Under the pieces are notes generated by a model, which was not told the DNA's origin, ran no database searches, and saw nothing but the letters and a program-made list of their open reading frames with translations. A DNA stretch of 64,000 bases, from contig NC_135251.1 in the NCBI RefSeq assembly GCF_964204865.1, positions 20,770,001 to 20,834,000 on the forward strand. The letters run 5' to 3'. Positions 40,398 through 51,567 of the stretch are shown piece after piece. Source of the stretch: Styela clava (Eukaryota). The translations under genes and the position numbers were made by a program. Numbering within the stretch: position 1 is the first letter of the stretch; every line of letters starts with the position of its first letter.

Positions 40398-41596
40398 TTT
40401 ATATATTAGAGATGTTCAAACTTATATTTTAAATTAGTATCTTTATGACGAAGTATGTTTAAGATAAATGTACGAGAGAGAAAAAATGCACATGTACTTC
40501 TATGTCGTATAACCAAACCGTTTATTTTTCATGACATGCGTTTCAGCAGCCTCTTTAGAGTCAAAGTTGATCGACTCGCAGTGTTACACAGATACCCGTT
40601 AAATAAAAAAAATGGAGATCGGCTCAACGTGACTCATTTTCATCCCACTGCTTGGCTTATCTTTCAATATGATACCGTCAATAATGTATGTTAAAACTTT
40701 CAGTTTGAATAATACTATGGAATATATTGTTTCAATGCCTGTCCGTAAGTTACAAGCAGTTACCATGATTAAAAACCAGGTTATTGAAATGGTTCCTATT
40801 CTTGCTATAATAAATAATCAAATGGTTCGAACGAACTGGTTCGATTTTCAATTGTCGTAGGTGTCGTTAGACTCATTTTCGGGACGACTTATATATTCAA
40901 CAAATTACCATTTATCACTTCTGGTAGAGGGGGCTGATTCATTTTCAGGTATTTTTACAACTTCGGTCCAAACAAGACTATAGGCAAGCAACATCTAATA
41001 GGTAAAGTGGTAGTAATTTCATTCGAACTAAATTCATTTCCTATTCAAACTTAACGGGTTTATTAATAAGACCACAACACCCTAAATGTCAGTTAAAGCT
41101 AATTGCAGTATCAGCATATTGCTCAAACGCAGAAAATTAAAATCTCTTGAAAAATATTAATTACTGTTATTTGTAACATCATCGGTAGCATCACTGTTTC
41201 ATGTGGTAATCATAGCTTTTACTATCTGACGTGCATCAATTTACTGCTATTTTCTGTACAATGGGTCCACGGTTACCGATTGCTTCCGTTCAGAATGTAG
41301 TTAATTCTAATAAAAATATCGGGAATGTTTCTGAAGTTGCTTGTCGCACTGTGTATTTGACTAGAGCGCTTTGTTACCGTTCAAATTATGGTCTACTCTC
41401 ATTAATTTTAATATTTCTTTTACACTCGGTAATATGAAAAAAAAATTGCAATTAATCAATATATCGTCATATCTGAGGGTTTTTCGACAATACACAGATA
41501 TAGAGCATCTATGAACAACATTCTTTGTGAAATATAATTTGTAATATACAAAAATGCATTTTTTGATCTCTTCAATTAAACAGGAAGACATGGAAA

Positions 41597-43200
41597 TTAA
41601 GATAAAATTATCGGTTCGAAGCAGGCGATAGAATTCGTGTATATCTCCAAGGAACCTTTTGTAATCACAATATTGCCATTCTGAACTTCAGTTGCATTGC
41701 TTCAGTTCTTCTTCTAGATTTTTATCTTCTGATGGTGTAGATTTGAAAATATATGAAGTCGTCAACATCATAACTTGTACACTTCCATTTTTCGGTACTA
41801 CTTCTTTAACTTGGCTTGTTATGTGAACCAACAAGATATTTAGCTTTGAGACGTCTGACGACGTCTAAACTTTGATACCATTGCATTGGATTTCTTATTA
41901 CTCCTCTGATAGCGTATACATTGGGAAATAGTTTGTACATGTTGTCTCCTGTCATAACAATTCGTTGGTTTGGTAGCCAAACTGTAACATGATATTCTGT
42001 CTCACCCGGAGTGTGTATAAGTTCTATATCAACACCTATATCGAACACAGAGAAACTTAAAATATAGGGTTTGAAAAGAGTTTCAGGCGTAAAAAATGCT
42101 TTTGACACTTGGTGTAAGGCATAATACAAATAACTTGAAAGCAGAATTTGTTTAGCTGATAAGTTTCTAAATTTTTAATGCAGAAACAGACGTGTCTTAT
42201 TTTTAAAATTCAAGTACCCGAGATTTTGTATGAAGCTCTTCCACTAAAGGTCACTGTCAGTATCGTCCGTGGCAATTTAACTTTTCCTGGACGTCGCCTG
42301 TCTCTAGAAAACGGACAACGATTTCTAGTGTCAGGCACCAAACTGCCTTATAGATCTTGAATGCAATGCAAAACCTAGAATATAAAGAAATAGGCGTTGC
42401 TCAAATTCCTTGATTAGTAACTTGATTGAATAATCATACTCTATTTTTCAAGAATTTTTTTTTGTAAGTTGATGGCTGTAAACATCAATGGTAATGTTAG
42501 GAAAATCTTCCGCTTGCTTTTCAATCACGTGCCTTGCTCCGCCATGGTGGTCTGAATTCAGAATCATAGATTCCTTGTCAATGTCAATAAGAATAATGTT
42601 CTACGCTACGACATTAACTAGCATTGCCATAAAACCGTGCACATTTAATTACGTATCCCTAGTTTTGATCATACCTATGCTATTCGATGTTTCCTCAAAA
42701 TACTTCAATGAAATGTACGATTATACGATTTTTGTAACATACTAATAGTAATATATGGCAACTGGCATCCTGGAATTGACCAGAAGTTTATACGTGCAGC
42801 TGGCGTTGCATGTCCTTCTGCGCCCAATACCGATATAATGTGTGCGCAAAGTCTCTACAATGCAACGTTCTGAATTGTAAATAAGAATATCAGTACAGAA
42901 CTAGAACATAACGCTCACTGAAGTGAAAGGAGTATATTATATAGTTGCTTGTACTGGCTTCCTTGTTATCTTCCGATATTCGCTCATGATTTCTTCCATG
43001 CTTGTTGGGCTTTCCGTTGTATCAACAATAATTCGTCATTTTCTAAAAAAGAGGGGATTACACGCCCGGGCCTTTCGCCCCGAACAAGCAGTCATTGATA
43101 TCGAACAATGTGTAAGAAGCTGCTATTATTTAGAAAGACCGGGATCTTTGCATTTCGGCGTTGCCAATTATCACACCACCGCATAGACATTTCAACCCGC
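41597..43200 (-). pseudogene. Degenerate inverted paralog of the neighbouring alkyl sulfatase
   Basis: Minus-strand remnants of each exon: NVYAV (~43170-43195); IIVDTTESPTSMEEIMSEYRKITRKPVQA then stop (~42930-43035); DHHGGARHVIEKQ...IDVYSH (~42465-42552); HSRSIRQFG with stops (~42215-42380); ELIHTPGET...GDNMYKLFPNVYAIRG...LVGSH then stop (41806-42040). This is joined almost directly to the C-terminal EVQNGNIVITKGSLEIY...CFEP. Confidence 0.88.
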
Positions 43201-44707
43201 TATAGGCATTATTGATTGAAAACACCGTCATAGTGTTTTACCTTAATACGATACAAACATTCATTTTCATTCTAAACCCCGGCTATGATGCTATCTGTCG
43301 ATGAGCTTGAGGCAACTTTGATTGTTAGCTTGAGGAAACAAAGTATCCAACTTCTGTATCAAAGCAAGTGATCTTGACATTACAATCGTTGGTGTGTGTG
43401 TGTGTGAAGACAAGCAAGGCCAGTAAATGATTTATATATTCGGCCGTACATCTTCACGGAAATATCTCGACGGTTAGTTTCATATTATGACCTCAACAAT
43501 TTTTTTATCGTTCCGTTTAGATTTTGAGTTTCTTCGTCAATGGTCCTTTCCATGTTCGAGGTCATGCCTACGATAAAGCGAATAGATTTTTATGCAGTAT
43601 AACTGTTTGAGTATGCCAAAATATTTGCCATGCTCCGGATAGTTATTTCGGAAATAGAAGTAGTAATAAACGCTGAAATAAATTTCGATCAAGAAGGTGC
43701 TTTTGTCATTTCTCACTCACTGTATTATAAGTACTACAATAAATATATTGATTTTGAACAAAGATTTTAATTTCTGATATTGACTTCGAGTTGAATCCCC
43801 AAATTGCCAAAACAACCTTTTCATTCCAACACGATAAAACTTTTCAATAAATGGACATTAAAATGGTGTAATCCATCATTACAGAATAATTTGAAGCAAA
43901 TAATATTGTTCAAATATTTGTTGAAGTGTGAAAAGCATTCCTGTAGAAAGGTTTACAACTCGGCTACTGTTTGAATGCATGCGTGGTACCGGTACCAATT
44001 ATTATCAATAGCCTCGCAAAATGCCGGTCGATATTATTTTTCAAAAAGGTAATTCAAAAATGGGAACGCAATAGCAGGTTGTAAAATTATATGAGCAAAT
44101 GACATTTCACACAATTTGTTGTATCATTTTTTCATCACTCGTAATGTCTGCTATGGCTTCAGTGCTTCAATAGGATTTTCATATTTATCCCGGGGAAAAA
44201 AAGAAAATCGAGTTAGACGGTACGACACCTTCGTAAGTTAAATCGAAAGATGCACGGTGAAAGTAAACGTGCATAAACTTAACTGTGGAACGAGAATATA
44301 TGAGTCGCCTGAATGTTACCGAAACTCTCCAAATGCAAGCTCCAACCTCCTTAATAACTAATCACGTCCCTACAAAATACGTTGTGCTGAAAATGAGCAC
44401 TTAATATTCGCAAAGGGAATCTTATTTGAAGCCCAGCACATGAATAAAGCGGATGGGATGCAATCACAAAAGCCTATCGTGCAAATCGTAAAATGTATTT
44501 AAGAACAGTCGGACCCGCATAATGCGACGTCGATATTACAAAGCGGGAAATTTACTTAACGATTTCATGTGCCCTAGCTCGTAAAAAAGCTTTAGTGTGA
44601 AAAAGTAGTATAAAACCACAGATCTAACGTTTCTGGTCGCTCAATTTTTGCTTCGATGCGCTGCGTACTTTATTCTCATCTGTATAGTTGCAATACAGTA
44701 AAGTAAA

Positions 44708-47700
44708 ATGTCTGACAACTTTGAACACATAAAAGAGCCATTGGCAAAGATAACGGATCAAACATACGGATCCAAGAAGTTGGTCGAGTTCACAAAAAAT
44801 GAATTTTTGCCCAGGCAAGTTTTTAAAGTCGGCGACAATGTATATTCGGCAGTTGGTTGGGCGCTTGCAAACTCGATCATGATCGAAGGTAAGTTCCTAT
44901 ATATTGTTAGTAACATGTCTAAGTATTTATGCTTTAATTTATACATTTCTTAAATTGTGAATATCCGAAATAATCCAGTATGTGATTCAGACTTTGCTGC
45001 AAGTTTAGGTCGATAACTCTTCACGTCACGTTTAGGGGTAATATATAAGAATTTGCAATTACTTTATGTTAATTTATTACAATTCTTTGTGTGGATGCCC
45101 TTTTTAGGAACTATATATCCCAGCGGTTCCCAAACTTTTGTTCGTGCAGCGCCAATTTATCAGAAAAAAAAATTGGGGCGCACCCAAACGAAATAAAAAT
45201 TGCTGCCTTTGAATAAAACTCAATTTTGTGATCGTTGATGTGTACTTTATGCCTTTTAAAGTTTGTAAACATGTATGCCTATAAGGAATAAAGGCAAAGG
45301 GTAAACTCTATTTTCTCATCTCTGCCCAATTTTCTTTTGGATTACTAAAAAATCACTCATGATCGATAAACTCAGTTCAGAAATAAATAAACTGCAGCTC
45401 GCGATTGCAGCAAGTAGTGTCTATCTCCATTGTTACGTAACAATAGATGCAGACCCTACGTAACAGAAAGTAAACGAGATAGGAAGTTAAAATGAATTTA
45501 TTGATTCATATGCACGTTATTTTAAATAGACAACAACGTCATAATAAATATAATATGTAAAATTTTCAATCGTATATTAGTTATGTTTAACACAATTCTG
45601 TTAGGGCGCACTTAGCAAATCACACCCGTTGGGAACGCTGTTATATACCACTATCAGTCCCCACCAATTGACAATGGCTAAGAATTGAAGTTCCATTTGA
45701 AATGTGTTTCGCTAATTATAAGGCGCTATGTTTCGAATTTGTGTTCCAAGTCCATTAGAAAATATGAAGCATTTATCATACATCAAACCACATTTTTCAA
45801 AAACAGGCAAGGATGGTATCATCATAATAGATACGACGGAAAGTATGCAGAGCATGCAAGAAATAATGGTTGAATTTAGAAAAATTACTTCGAAACCTGT
45901 GAAAGCAATCATTTACACTCATTTCCACGGAGGTAGGAAGATTTGCAATTAATGTTATCATGTTATTATTAACTTCAAATCTCAATGTAGCTTTAAAATA
46001 ACCCTACTTCGAAATCAAACATCTGCATTTTAAATTATAGATCATCATATTGGAACACATTATGTTATCGATCGACAGAAAACTGAGTTCCCCGATATTA
46101 ATATTGAAATATATGGACACGAAACAACAGCGGAATTATATTTTGATACAGGTGGGCATCTATAAATATAACTATCTGACATTGTATACTCATTCCTAAC
46201 ATGATAAAATTTTCAATATGATTAAAATCTCTCTTATTGCCTAATGAGTACTCCCGTAGTGTGTGTACCAGGTAAGGGTTAGGCCATAATTTTATTCCGA
46301 TTTTTCTTCTTTTAGTTCTAGTACGAGTTCGGGGACTGTCTGTGTTAGCCAAGTGAATATACCCCCTGCCCATAGGTTTCAGTCCCTTTACACAACCCAA
46401 TCTACAATAGGCGAACAAAATTAGTTACCTCCGTATTGGTTGGTACACACACACTCCTGGAGCGCCACCTCATCTACTTCTACGACTTCAATTTCATCAA
46501 AAAAAAATCATGTATGAATTAATCTTCCAGTGCTGACAAGGGAAATTGGACATGCAAGATCAACAAGACAATTTGCGATATTGCACAACGATGTACCGAA
46601 TACTGGAAAAGGCATTGGGCCTTTTGGATCTCACCATCCACAAGATGGACTTAATATTTACATGCCAACTAGAACGTTTTCTGACAAAGCTAAATACAAT
46701 GTTGCAGGTAGATATGTCTAATAACTCTAATGCATGGTATAAAAACTTTTTTTAGATTTGTCTAAAAACATATATATCTGATATGACACTGGGCTGTAAA
46801 TCGGAAGTTCTGTTCATGGCTTCCATCACTTATTTTTAACCATATTTCATGAGATGCTCCACATATCTGCTCCAGACAAGGCTCTAAGCCAGTTTGGTCA
46901 ACTTTTTCTACGAACTAATATGAATTATGATATTGATCATTTCTGTAATTCCTTTTTTTTCTATCTGACAAGAGTAATGATGTATCAATATATAAGTATT
47001 ATAAATCAAAATCTAATTTCGATTACAACCAGTGGTGGGATTTAGCCGGTTCGCACCGGTTCTATAGAACTGTCTCACGGAATTTTATAAGATCAGCGAA
47101 CCGGTTGGCATTACTGGTTACTGCCAATGACTTTTCGTAACAGAACCGGCTGAAAAATATGACTTTTGTGATCGAACCGGCTGACAAAAAATTTGATTTC
47201 CACCACTGATTACAATACATTGATTAGGTAGGCCGTAGGGTGGTCAACGATGATAGTCGTAAAAGTGCGACTATAAAGAATTGTTTGCGTGTGACTATTT
47301 CGCAAAGGGGACACTCTATAATCTACGAAATGTAAAATATTTCTACTTCCATTATGTCAACGATGCCAATTCACTCATCCCAATATTCATGTCGAAACCC
47401 GTTGGTGTTTAAGCTAACAGCGTACATAATTTATGAATGTAGCTCACGAAAATTGATTAAGCTAAATTTTTTTTACGTGTCAGGCATCGAATTTGAACTC
47501 ATACACACACCTGGAGAAACCCCTGATCAAATCACAGTATGGCTGCCAAAGGAAGAAGTTGCAATGCCGGGTGACAACATTTATAAAACCTTTCCTAATC
47601 TATATGCAATCAGAGGCTCGCCTCCGCGAAATGTGAGAATGTGGTATCAAAGTCTAGACAAAACCAGAGTTCTGAAGGCGAAATATCTTGTGGGATCCCA

Positions 47701-48685
47701 TACCAGACCAGTTATCGGAAAAGATGAAGTTTATGAAACCTTGACGGTGTACAGAGATGCAATAAAATACATTCATGACCAAACATTACGGCTCATCAAC
47801 AAAGGCTATTATCCTGGGCAAATTGTTGCTAATGTCAAACTACCCGACTTAGTCGCTCAACATCCGTTCTTGCAAGAACACTACGGCACTGTCGCATGGT
47901 CCGTGAAAAGCGTTTTCAATGATTACCTTGGGTGGTTCAGTGGAAATCCGCAAGATTTGCACCCGATGACTGAAAATGAGCGTGCTACACGGATGGCTAG
48001 GTTAATAACGTATGCTCAAAGTCAACAAATCTGCGCGGCGGAAGTAATGCTACGTGAAGCTGAAATATCTCACAAAAAATCGTATGAGCATTATTTGTCA
48101 AAGGGGAAGTATCTTGTGACTGAAGACAAATGGGCTTTGGAACTAGTTGATACCGTACTTCAGCTCGGTAGCTTAGAAGAAGCTCTCAGCAACACAGCTC
48201 GACAAGTGAAAATAAGTGCACTTAGAGCACTAGGCGTTGAAGAAATAAGCGCAAATGGCAGAAATTATTACTTGACCTGTGCATTGGAATTAGAATCGAA
48301 CATTTCGCTGGATCAAACGAAAAAGGCCATCTCCATAACAATAAAAAGGACCCCCATTGAGAAAGTCCTTGAAATGTTAAGTCTCAAAGTAAAAGGTTTG
48401 GAATGTCAGCATCAAAAATATACGATTGGTCTCACATTTTTAGATCTGGATAAAGATTTCATATTGACCCTACGGAATAGTGTATGTGACGTCATTGAAG
48501 CAGGTACGGAAGATGAAAATCCACAAGTCCGGCTGACAATGAGGTCTGATGTGTACAAATCAATAATGAATGAAAACAAAAATTGGGAGGAAGAAGTCAA
48601 GGCTGGAAACGTTACAGTGGCGAGCGGAGCATTGGAAACCTACATGAAATTTTTAAAATGCTTCGACCCCCTCAACTATGATTGA
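44708..48685 (+). CDS. Alkyl/aryl sulfatase of the SdsA1/BDS1 family (metallo-beta-lactamase fold, dimerisation domain, SCP2-like C-terminus)
   Basis: Exons 44708-44888, 45807-45932, 46041-46151, 46531-46707, 47484-48685. The HFHG|DH (HxHxDH) zinc motif is split by intron 2. Other motifs: IDTTES, HTPGETPD, GDN, NLYAIRG, VGSH, HDQTLRLINKG, EHYG, YLGWF, NGRNYYL. Confidence 0.92.
45121..45640. mobile_element. hAT-Charlie MITE in sulfatase intron 1
   Basis: cagcggttcccaa ... ttgggaacgctg. Confidence 0.7.
47030..47208. mobile_element. hAT MITE in sulfatase intron 4
   Basis: cagtggtggga ... ttccaccactg; 8-bp TSD attacaac/attacaat; internal (A)ACCGG repeats. Confidence 0.85.
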
Positions 48686-49369
48686 TACTTTGAGATTGGA
48701 AAACACAACAAACAATTTTTATAATTTCTCTATGAAGTGGAAAAATATGATCTAATAACAGAATCCATCACCGCATACTATTCATATATATAACCTCTAA
48801 TTACTGAAGACTAAGTGATATTGGCATGAATTCATATCATACCCTTTTGAATTCGATCATACAACGCGATTCATCATATAAGATTATGTTTAATTTGTGG
48901 ATAACATCATTCAATCATTAGAAAGTATATTATCAGATCAGTAACAAGAGAGCTATGCTCAAATATATGGACACGTAGCGCCACCTAATGGCAATAATTT
49001 TGATGACGTCATAGCAACAACAAAAAAAGTAATAGCCTTCTGAAGAAAATTTTTAACTTTAACCACTGAAAGTTTCAAAGCAATTGGTCCAGTAACCAAA
49101 GAGAAAAGCGACTTTTTAAAAACTTGTCAAAGAACAAGAACATAATATTGAAACGATCGCTATGTCCACTACGTGTCCAAAAATAATATCTTGACTCGTA
49201 TATATATTAAGAGCATTCTAATTTGAAAATGAATCGAGATTTATCGAATGAAATTAAGTTTACCTTGATGTTTGAATATTAAAAGCTTGATTGTACAATA
49301 GCCTATATTGAACAAGTTACATTTTATCAGATATGTTGTTGTTTTCGCATTCACCTTAAAGTAGTAAGT

Positions 49370-50041
49370 AACCCGAACAGTTTGGGGCTTGGGCCGCGAA
49401 ACATTTACAAATGTACCATACATTTTCGATTAGATCGGGAAATCGTGGCATTATCATGACGTATCAACAATTATGAAACAATGTAAACAATTCATAATTT
49501 AGGTACGCCCCCACATGTTGGAAAGTGTAAGTATGCTACTGGGCAGATAAATATTTTGTTGAATTCGGTTGACATTAACAAAGACGCCGGTTTCTGTGGT
49601 TCTCATTTTTATGTCCAATAAGTTACATTTGAAACAATAAATAAACCAGGTTTCGATTTTTGTAAGTCACAAAATGAAAATGGATAACTTTGGAAAAAGA
49701 AAAGGTAACGAAATAAATGAAAAAAGGGAAGGCTCGAAAAGTTGTAATGAGAAAATATGAATCTGATTACATCAAATATGGTTTCATTGAGGCAGGAAAT
49801 GATTTTGAGCCAAAAGCATAATGTGTTGAGTGTTATTGTTACTTTGCGTGTGAACTTGTCTCCTATCAAGCCTCGACTCGATCTAATAATATCCAATATG
49901 CAAGCTCAAGTTTCGCATAAATAGTAGATTTCATGATTGTGGATACATTGTTTCTTTTCTCATTCATTAACATCTCATTGCGGGTCGCACAAAAACGCCA
50001 ATAAAGGTGGGTCGCGAACTGAAAAAGTTTGCGAAGCACTG
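49370..50041 (+). mobile_element. Deleted hAT (Buster/Charlie) element with a remnant of the transposase N-terminus
   Basis: MRKYESDYIKYGFIEAGNDFEPKA*CVEC at 49747-49831 resembles the RKY..Y..GF...P.C..C BED-finger start; right end gggtcgcga...aagtttgcgaagcactg. The left end is approximate. Confidence 0.7.
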
Positions 50042-50400
50042 GTCTAGTCTCGATAACAGTCTTGGGACGACGAAATGACCATCGAGTTATTTGATTTATA
50101 CTTAAATTCTGGAAACACAACTAAAAACTGACAAGTAGCATGCAAAACCACGAAAAATTGGTAATATAAACCATGCCTGAAAATTTTTCTGAGTGATAAC
50201 TGGCAAAAGTGTCTCAGTGGAAAACATCCATAGGATTTTTAAATTTAGTTGTATTTCTACTAAAATTCATAACAAACATTGTAATGTAAGTGAGGTGACA
50301 GGCGTTCTCAATGTCGTTGAGATTAGTCGATGAAAATGATTTACATAATGCAGGAATTACCGGGAACAATAAGCCTGGCACGTATTCAAATAATTTCACT

Positions 50401-51126
50401 TTATTTGCATGTTATTAGGAAAACTCTTTCAAGTCCCCACTCGGAATCCTCTTCGTCCACTTTATCCCAAGTAAAATATTCGCCGAAAAGTTCGGTCATG
50501 TCCGCATCCGTAATATCGAATGGGTTATTGATCCAAGTTCTCTTTTCGCCAAAATACATTGCACTCAGCATGTATTTTGCTTGTTTGTCTAAGACTGACC
50601 GCATAATTTCGACGTATGGTTTTCTTGAGGCAAGCTCAATTGTATTCAAGCTTGCCGAATCCCACACCGCGTCGAACAGTCCACCAGCGATATCCGAATT
50701 GAATTTAAAATAATCTCCTTCATATATAACTACATTCGCAGTTTTTCCGGTATACACTCGAAAACTGTGATCTTTTGTTGAAACCGATTTTTCGAATTCC
50801 ACTGAATTTTCCTCAAAAAATTCCAAAATGGCGTGTTCAGAACATTCTAATCCAACCACTTCGTACCCTTCGTCAATCAACCACTTTATATCTGGTGACT
50901 TTCCGCACAATGGAAGAAATATTCTCTTTCGAATGGCGTTTGGTAAAAGAGATTTGATGTGCTTTCTAAGCATTGGGCTGGCCTGATCAAATGGATTGTC
51001 TTCGTCGCCATGTTCGCAAATATCACCGCCTTTGCTACCTTTACTTTTAGAACGTTCGTAATCCTTTTTCCACCATTCATTCCACTGATCTATGGTTAAC
51101 AACTTGTGATCTTCCGATTCTGCCAT
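50401..51126 (-). CDS. TPMT: Thiopurine S-methyltransferase family protein, intronless CDS
   Basis: Motifs RIFLPLCGKSPDIKWL, GYEVVGLECSE, GDYF, FDAVWD. The likely start is MAESEDHKLL (51126), matching TPMT length; the ORF is open to 51252. Confidence 0.87.
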   Translation of the reverse strand: MAESEDHKLLTIDQWNEWWKKDYERSKSKGSKGGDICEHGDEDNPFDQASPMLRKHIKSLLPNAIRKRIFLPLCGKSPDIKWLIDEGYEVVGLECSEHAILEFFEENSVEFEKSVSTKDHSFRVYTGKTANVVIYEGDYFKFNSDIAGGLFDAVWDSASLNTIELASRKPYVEIMRSVLDKQAKYMLSAMYFGEKRTWINNPFDITDADMTELFGEYFTWDKVDEEDSEWGLERVFLITCK

Positions 51127-51567
51127 TCCTGCTGTTTGTAACAAACGGTATATATTATGAAACAACGCTTGAATACGGATACGGGCATACGAATCGCTGG
51201 TCAAAATATAGTCACTTTGGTCAAAACATAGTTTGCTGATCGAATCTTCCATTGATTACTAGGCGCTGTTCCTCTGTAAAGTCATGTTAAATATATCTGT
51301 ATAAAATATGTAGGAAAATGATTGTTTAAGTTAATGTATATATTTAAAACATGTGGTCCACAAGTGATAAACTTCTCATAGAAAACTAGGTCGAAAAGGA
51401 GTTGGAAATTTGATCTGAGAATTTACATTGGGAACACATTTCTTCGCATGACGGCGTAGCGCTCGAGTGAACGCAAGCCGGCTATTAGGTTTCTGAACCC
51501 GCATCACATCACGTATTGCTCCAGGCGTGCACCGCAGTTTTAGCGTTTGCAAATTTGCACATTCAAT
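51127..51567. promoter_or_regulatory. Probable bidirectional promoter region shared by TPMT-like and POLB
   Basis: Divergent start codons about 440 bp apart, with a CpG-containing patch at ~51445-51550. Confidence 0.55.

Noticed and set aside
44708-48685. Bacterial contamination explaining the sulfatase
   Set aside because: The gene has spliceosomal introns containing host MITE families.
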